Shown: piece after piece, positions 58,880-64,000 of the stretch
Layout of the letters: each line of letters begins with the position of its first letter
Position numbering within the stretch: the first letter of the stretch is position 1
NCBI GenBank assembly: GCA_963725885.1
Contig: CAVSAH010000003.1
Span: 129,697 to 193,696 of the forward strand
Direction of reading: 5' to 3'
Length of the DNA: 64,000 nt
Source: an uncultured Chloroflexia bacterium
GTDB taxonomy: Bacteria > Chloroflexota > Limnocylindria > QHBO01
Notes under the pieces: model-generated
What the model was told of the DNA's origin: nothing
Database searches by the model: none
The model's input: only the letters and a program-made list of their open reading frames with translations
Translations under genes and position numbers: made by a program

Positions 58880-59548
58880 GCGAGCGGTGCCTCGGCATCG
58901 TCGAGGACGCGCGCCAGCATGCCCAGCGTGATCGCGGTCGCTCCCCATACTCGGACGCCGCCGAACCGGTAGACCCCGGCGCGCAGGCTGAACCCGCCAA
59001 CCTCGAAGTCCTCGACGCCGGCGACCTCGGGGTCCCACAGCGCCCGCAGCGGCAGCTCGACGATCGACGCCACCTCCGCGTCGTGGGGCACGAGGACGGG
59101 CCGCGCCGCGACGGCCCCCACGTATGGGCGCAGCTCGTAGTTGCTGACGGGGATCCACACCGGGTCGAGCGTCGCCCAGGACACGCACCGTGGAAGGCTC
59201 GAGGCCGACCTCCTCCCACGCCTCGCGCAGCGCGGCCGCCTCGTGCGTCTCATCGGGGTCGAGCGCTCCCCCGGGCAGCGACACCTCGCCGGCGTGGGCT
59301 CGCATCGTCTCGTGGCGGACGGTCAGCGGCACGACCAGGTCGCCGTCGGCGTCGGGATAGACCGCCAGCAGGGTGGCCGCCGGTCGCGGCTCCGGGAATG
59401 TGGAGCGGTCGACGCGGTCGCGGGTCGTCAGGCCGTCGCTCGCACGCGGCAGGAGGCGCAGGTCGATCGGAATGGGTCGCCGGACGCGCGCCAGCGCATC
59501 GGCCAGCGCGTCCTCCCATCCATCGTCAGCGCGTAGTATTCGGGGCAT
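58876..59548 (-). pseudogene. NUDIX hydrolase (CoA pyrophosphatase-like), with one frameshift as sequenced
   Basis: Nudix box GGALDPDETHEAAALREAWEEVGL. The reading continues ...VRVLG / LDPVWIPVSNYELRPYVG across a shift at about 59171. The span is 673 nt (3n+1). Confidence 0.7.
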
Positions 59549-59999
59549 GACCCAGGCTCACCTCAACCGGGACGTCCGCGTGCGCGAGGCGCTGTATCGG
59601 ACGCGCCTCTTCGTCAACCGTACGCCGCATTTCAGCAAGGCGACGCGGAAGGAGGCAAATCGCGCGCTCGACGACCTCGAGCGACAGCTGGGCCTCAACC
59701 AGGTGAATGCGTCGCAGGCGGCGCGGGCGATCGAGCTGCTCAATCGCGCGCACTCCTCGTTGCTGTTCGGGCTCCTGCGCGACGTGGACTTCAGCGAGCG
59801 GTTCGCGCCCGCACTTCGCCACCTCGGCCTTCGGGGCATCGGCGACCGGCTCTCGGAGGTGCCCTCGTCGGTCATGGCGCTGCCCATTCCCGGCCCGATC
59901 GATGGGCGCGCGCACCGCGACGACCTGCCGGCCGAGGAACGTCTCGACGCCGACGGGCATCCTCTCCCCTCACCACCGGGGTTCTACGAGGGCTACTGA
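59547..59999 (+). CDS. Hypothetical protein
   Basis: 150 aa from ATG 59547. This is the first in-frame start not buried in the NUDIX gene. No motif recognised. Confidence 0.35.
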   Translation: MTQAHLNRDVRVREALYRTRLFVNRTPHFSKATRKEANRALDDLERQLGLNQVNASQAARAIELLNRAHSSLLFGLLRDVDFSERFAPALRHLGLRGIGDRLSEVPSSVMALPIPGPIDGRAHRDDLPAEERLDADGHPLPSPPGFYEGY

Positions 60000-60005
60000 G
60001 CCCGG

Positions 60006-60824
60006 CTACGCCTCGGCCGAGCCTGGCAGCGCCGCGATCAGGCTCGCCCGGTTCGGCGTGGCTCCCAGGCCCAGCCGGTCCCCGACGACCGCCGCCAGCG
60101 GCGGCTCGAGGAAGCTCGACCGCAGCGCCTCCCAGGAGCCTGACCCGAAGGCCTCGCCCGGGGTCGCGTCGAGGATGACCCGCCCCGCGCGCATGACCAC
60201 GACGCGCTCGAACGACTCGGCCACGAACCGCATGTCGTGGCTGATGGCGATGACGGTCCGCCCCTCGCCGGCGACCGTGTCGAGCAGCGCGCGCACGCGC
60301 TCGACGCCACGCGCGTCCTGGCCCGTGGTCGGCTCGTCCAGGACGAGGACCGGGGTCCGCATGGCGAGCACCGAGGCCAGGGCGAGGAGCTTGCGCCGCG
60401 AGCCGCCGAGGTCGTAGGGGTTCGTCCGCGCCTCAGCGGCCAGGCCTGTGGCCTCGAGGGCTTCGTCCGTGGCCGCGGCCACCTCCGATCGCGAGCGCCC
60501 GAGGTTGCGCGGGCCGAACTCGACTTCGGCCCGGACCGATCCCGCGAAGATCTGGCGATCGGGGTCCTGGAACACGAGGCCGACCCGGGCGGCCAGCTGC
60601 GCGACCGTGAGCTGGGCCGCATCGGTGCCGTCGACCAGGACGCGTCCCGCGGTCGGGCGCAGCAGGCCGTTGAGGTGCCGCACCAGCGTCGTCTTGCCGC
60701 TTCCGTTCTGACCGATGATCGCGACGCGCTCGCCCGGCGCGATCCGCAGGTCCACCCCGTCGAGCGCGCGGACCTCGCCGTCGGGGTAGACGTGGACCAG
60801 GCCCTCGAGCCGGAGGTCAGGCAC
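60006..60824 (-). CDS. ecfA: ECF/ABC transporter ATPase, second nucleotide-binding unit
   Basis: GTG 60824. Walker A GQNGSGKTT, Walker B VLVLDEPTTGQD, H-loop ISHD. It overlaps the upstream ATPase by 8 nt, so the pair could be a fused double ATPase split by an indel. Confidence 0.8.
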   Translation of the reverse strand: MPDLRLEGLVHVYPDGEVRALDGVDLRIAPGERVAIIGQNGSGKTTLVRHLNGLLRPTAGRVLVDGTDAAQLTVAQLAARVGLVFQDPDRQIFAGSVRAEVEFGPRNLGRSRSEVAAATDEALEATGLAAEARTNPYDLGGSRRKLLALASVLAMRTPVLVLDEPTTGQDARGVERVRALLDTVAGEGRTVIAISHDMRFVAESFERVVVMRAGRVILDATPGEAFGSGSWEALRSSFLEPPLAAVVGDRLGLGATPNRASLIAALPGSAEA

Positions 60825-61629
60825 GGAGCGCCGCCTCCACGCGCGGTGCGTCGACCCCGGCCGCCAGCAGCGCACGGCGCAGATCGATGGCATCGGGAGC
60901 CGCGACCCCCCGCTTCGCAAGCTGGACATCGGCGAGGACATCGGCCGCCGGGCCTGCCATCGCGACGCGCCCGCCGTCGAGCACGATGACCTCGGTGCAG
61001 ATCTCGGCCAGAACGTCTGTCTTCTGCTCGGCGACGAGGATCGTGGTCCCCGTCGTGGCGAGGCCACGAATCGCATCGGCGACAAGGCGCGTCCCGGCGG
61101 GGTCGAGCTGCGCGGTCGGCTCGTCGAGCACGAGGTGCGCCGGTCGAAGGGCGAGGAGGCCTGCCATGGCGACGAGCTGCTGCTGCCCGCCGGACAGCCG
61201 TCGCGGGTCGCGCGCGGCGAGATCGTCGATCCGTAGGAGCGCGAGGGCCTCCCAGGTCCGCGCGGTGACATCGTCGCGCTCCAGGCCGAGGTTCATCGGT
61301 CCGAAGGCGACCTCCTCGAAGACGGTCGCGGCCACCTGGGTGAGCTGGGTCACCGGGTTCTGGAAGCCGATCCCGACGCGCAGGGAGTGCTCGCCCTGGC
61401 CAAGCGACTCGACGTCTGCCCCGTCGAGCAGGATCCGCCCTCGCACCTGGCCGCCGATGGTCCGCGGGGCCAGCCCGCTGGCGACGAGGCACAGGGTCGT
61501 CTTTCCCGACTCCGACGCGCCGGCGAGCCCGGTCACGGTGCCGTCCCGCAGCTCGAAGCTCACGCCGAGGAGCGCCGGCCGTGCCGCTCCGGCGTACCGG
61601 TAGCCGACGTCGACGAACGCGAGGCTCAC
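60817..61629 (-). CDS. ecfA: ECF/ABC transporter ATPase, first nucleotide-binding unit
   Basis: The GTG start at 61629 overlaps the ecfT stop as GTGA. Walker A GASESGKTT, signature LSGGQQQ, Walker B LVLDEPT. Confidence 0.8.
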   Translation of the reverse strand: MSLAFVDVGYRYAGAARPALLGVSFELRDGTVTGLAGASESGKTTLCLVASGLAPRTIGGQVRGRILLDGADVESLGQGEHSLRVGIGFQNPVTQLTQVAATVFEEVAFGPMNLGLERDDVTARTWEALALLRIDDLAARDPRRLSGGQQQLVAMAGLLALRPAHLVLDEPTAQLDPAGTRLVADAIRGLATTGTTILVAEQKTDVLAEICTEVIVLDGGRVAMAGPAADVLADVQLAKRGVAAPDAIDLRRALLAAGVDAPRVEAALRA

Positions 61630-62454
61630 GGAAGCACCCCGGCGATCCGGGCGACAAGGAGCCCCACCAGAGCGGCGACAAGGAGCCAGCGCGCGAGCGC
61701 CTGGGCCCCACTGTCGGAGGGCGCCCACAGCAGCGTCCGCCGCCCGGGCCGCGCGAAGCCGCGTGCCTCGAGGGCCATCGTCCGCTCCTCGACCTCGGCG
61801 ATCGAGCCGAGAATCACCGGTCCGACGATCGGCAGGATGCCCCGAACCCGTCGCCAGACCGAGCCCTCCGTGTCGAGCCCACGGGCACGCTGCGCCGCGG
61901 TGATCTGGCCGGCGCGCTCGACCATGGCGGGCACGGTCTGCACCGATGCGTTCGCCACGAACCCGATGCGCGGGCTGACGCCCCTGCGCTCGAGGTCGAT
62001 GACAAGGTCGGCAGGACGCGTGGTCAGGTAGAACAGCGTCACGGCCCCGCTGATGGCCAGGATGCGGAGGCCGATCTCGAGCGCGAAGGCGAGCCCCTCG
62101 CCGGTGGCCGTGATCGGGCCGATCTGGAACAGCACCTGCGTGCCGCCGGGGAAGAAGAACAGGTTGACGAGGAAGGCCGACAGCGCGATCGGGAGCGACA
62201 GGACGAGCGTCGTCCGGGCCAGCGGCCCGAGGACACCCGCCACCGCCGCGGGCAGCAGCACGGCGAGCGCCGACGAGCACCATCGGCCCGATCAGGCCGC
62301 CCAGGACGACCGCGGCGATCGCGGTCGTGGTGGCCAGGACGGCCTTGGTCAGCGGGTTGAGCCGATGAACCGCGGTCGGCCCGGGAGCGCCCAGGAAGTC
62401 GGGCACGCCCCGGGCCGGGCTCGTCGCGTCGGTCAGGCCGGGGCCCCCCGCCAC
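61626..62454 (-). pseudogene. ecfT: ECF transporter transmembrane (T) component, CbiQ/EcfT family, with one frameshift as sequenced
   Basis: HRLNPLTKAVLATTTAIAAVVL... continues as LAVLLPAAVAGVLGPLARTT after a shift at about 62270. C-terminal ERTMALEARGF. The start is GTG 62454 or 62406. The span is 829 nt (3n+1). Confidence 0.7.
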
Positions 62455-63539
62455 TCGCCGGCGTCGTCGGGTGCCACGTCCTCCTCCTCGTCGAGCAGGC
62501 TCTCGCCCTGCGGGAACCGAGCCTTCGTTCGGCGCGCCATGGCGGTGAGGATCAGGTAGACGACGAAGAACGCGGTGATCTTGTCGATCGGGTCGCTGAT
62601 GAGCCCTTGCCCAAGCGTGGCGGCGTTGATGTCGGCGCCGGCCTGGCGGAACGCGGCGACGAGGAAGTCGGTCCCCGAGCCGGTCACCCCGCCGAAGACT
62701 CCAGCCGCGATCGGGGCGCTGATGAGGGCGGCGACGATGCCGGTGAGCATGCCGGTCACCACGACGTACGCGGCAGTCAGGTCGCGCCGGATGGCGAGGA
62801 GGGCGAACAGGCCGATCACGGTCGCCGCGACGAGGGCGAGTGCCACCCAGCCGAGAACGACGAAGATCGTGTTGTCGGAGCTGGGGGCGATGCTGACGTC
62901 ACCCACGATGGCGGTGTAGCCGAGGTAGGCGAGGTAAGCGAGGCCGCCGATGACGACCGCGGTGATCACGCCACCGAGCACGAGCTGCCCGACCGGCCGA
63001 TTGATGCGCGGACGCAGCACGCCCGACGACCCGGCCAGCCCGGCCATGATCCCGATGACCGCCGCCACCACCGCGAATGCCGCCGCAGGCGGGTACTGGA
63101 ATGGCGGCGGGATCACGTAGGCCCAGAGCAGGTTCGCGAGGAACCCGGTGGCAGCGCCGGCGAGCGGCCCGGCCAGGACGCCGACGAGAATCGTCCCGAT
63201 CGAGTCGAGGTAGATCGGGATCTTCAGGGCCGCCGCCACGGTCTGGCCGAGAATGATGTTCATCGCGATCGCGATCGGCATGAGGATCAGGACGCGCGTC
63301 GTGAACTGGCCGGTGATCGACGCGTTCGCGCCGGTCTGAATGCGTTCGACGACGAGCCACACGACGACCGCCACGAGCATCGCCACCCCGAGAATCAGTG
63401 CGAGCACGTCGGCGACGGCCTGGAAGGCGAAGGTGATCGGATCGGGCTCGCCGGGCTCCGGGAAGCCACCGGCGAGGGCGATGCCGGCAGCGGCGACCAC
63501 GACGAACGCGAGCAGTGCGGCGACCCAACGGATGACCAT
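62433..63539 (-). CDS. Large polytopic membrane protein, probable ECF-transporter substrate-specific (S) component
   Basis: 368 aa from ATG 63539 with about 10 hydrophobic segments. It has an S-component-like segment (IPIYLDSIGTILVGVLAGPLAGAATGFLANLLW) and an acidic C-terminal tail. Confidence 0.6.
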   Translation of the reverse strand: MVIRWVAALLAFVVVAAAGIALAGGFPEPGEPDPITFAFQAVADVLALILGVAMLVAVVVWLVVERIQTGANASITGQFTTRVLILMPIAIAMNIILGQTVAAALKIPIYLDSIGTILVGVLAGPLAGAATGFLANLLWAYVIPPPFQYPPAAAFAVVAAVIGIMAGLAGSSGVLRPRINRPVGQLVLGGVITAVVIGGLAYLAYLGYTAIVGDVSIAPSSDNTIFVVLGWVALALVAATVIGLFALLAIRRDLTAAYVVVTGMLTGIVAALISAPIAAGVFGGVTGSGTDFLVAAFRQAGADINAATLGQGLISDPIDKITAFFVVYLILTAMARRTKARFPQGESLLDEEEDVAPDDAGEWRGAPA

Positions 63540-63573
63540 GGTTGGTGCTGACCCTCCTCCGGTCTGAACGGTG

Positions 63574-64000
63574 CTAGCTGTACGGGACGCTGACGGCGCG
63601 GACGAGGCGCTCGAGGAGCGCCGCGCGCATCGGCTCGGGATCGATCTCGGTCGCGATGGAGACGGCCGGGCGGTCATCTCCGTCGGAGCGATAGAGACTG
63701 CCGGCGAGGTACGGATCGGTGCTCGTGTCGCAGGCGAGGATCTCGGTGACGCTCTCGGTCACCAGGCGCGGCTGCAGGAGCGAGGCGATGAGCGCCACCG
63801 GATCGTGCAGGTAGGCCCCATCGATGCCGTCGGCCTTGCGGTGGAATTCGACGTAGAAGCGCATTGCGTCGCGCACGATGCCGGCCAGCGGCGTATCGGG
63901 CAGGGCGTCCAGGTCGGACATCGTGAAGATGATGTCCTGCGTCGCATCGAGCGGCATGACGCGATGGATCGACCCGGCGCGGAGGCAGATCTCGACGGCC
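63574..64000 (-). CDS. Inosine/uridine-preferring nucleoside hydrolase family protein (C-terminal part; the 5' end lies beyond the window)
   Basis: RVMPLDATQDIIFT and GAYLHDPVALIA. The frame stays open to position 64000. Confidence 0.7.
   Translation of the reverse strand, partial: AVEICLRAGSIHRVMPLDATQDIIFTMSDLDALPDTPLAGIVRDAMRFYVEFHRKADGIDGAYLHDPVALIASLLQPRLVTESVTEILACDTSTDPYLAGSLYRSDGDDRPAVSIATEIDPEPMRAALLERLVRAVSVPYS

Overview
This is a high-GC (roughly 70% by eye) bacterial chromosomal segment. Its gene content looks Actinomycetota- or Chloroflexota-like: DUF385/F420-type, LLM, DinB and LmbE-type genes, and TP-rich linkers. I could support about 65 protein-coding genes. They are tightly packed, and many adjacent pairs overlap as ATGA, GTGA or TGATG, which suggests translational coupling.

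Gene content is mostly housekeeping and catabolic:
- RNA modification: rsmI, a Kgm/Rmt-type 16S rRNA methyltransferase, and tgt.
- Core genes: argS, pyrD, thyX, fumC.
- Threonine catabolism (tdh-kbl), plus proline, GABA, histidine and tyrosine catabolism (a P5C-dehydrogenase-like gene, a gabT-like gene, several aldehyde dehydrogenases, formimidoyltransferase, hppD, a FAH-family gene).
- A five-gene lipid-modification cluster containing cfa.
- Nucleotide second-messenger enzymes: one GGDEF, one GGDEF-EAL, one class III cyclase.
- A nucleoside hydrolase followed by an ECF transporter operon.

By eye I found no rRNA, tRNA, CRISPR array, transposase, integrase, phage gene or recognisable defence gene, and I cannot point to a clearly new multi-gene system. 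The observations most worth a second look are:
1. An aminoglycoside-resistance-type m7G1405 methyltransferase embedded between rsmI and tgt.
2. A decayed 5' duplicate of a methyltransferase gene that, together with the intact copy, brackets the cfa-type cluster exactly.
3. A protein with a 55-unit TP repeat that is translationally coupled to a GGDEF-EAL gene.
4. Several strong palindromes and box-like motifs in promoter regions.
5. About 21 single-base frameshifts in 13 conserved genes, nearly all +1 insertions, with none between 20.2 and 48.5 kb. These most likely reflect consensus errors.

All functional calls come from motif recognition by eye, and no database search was run. Frameshift positions are approximate to within about 5 nt.
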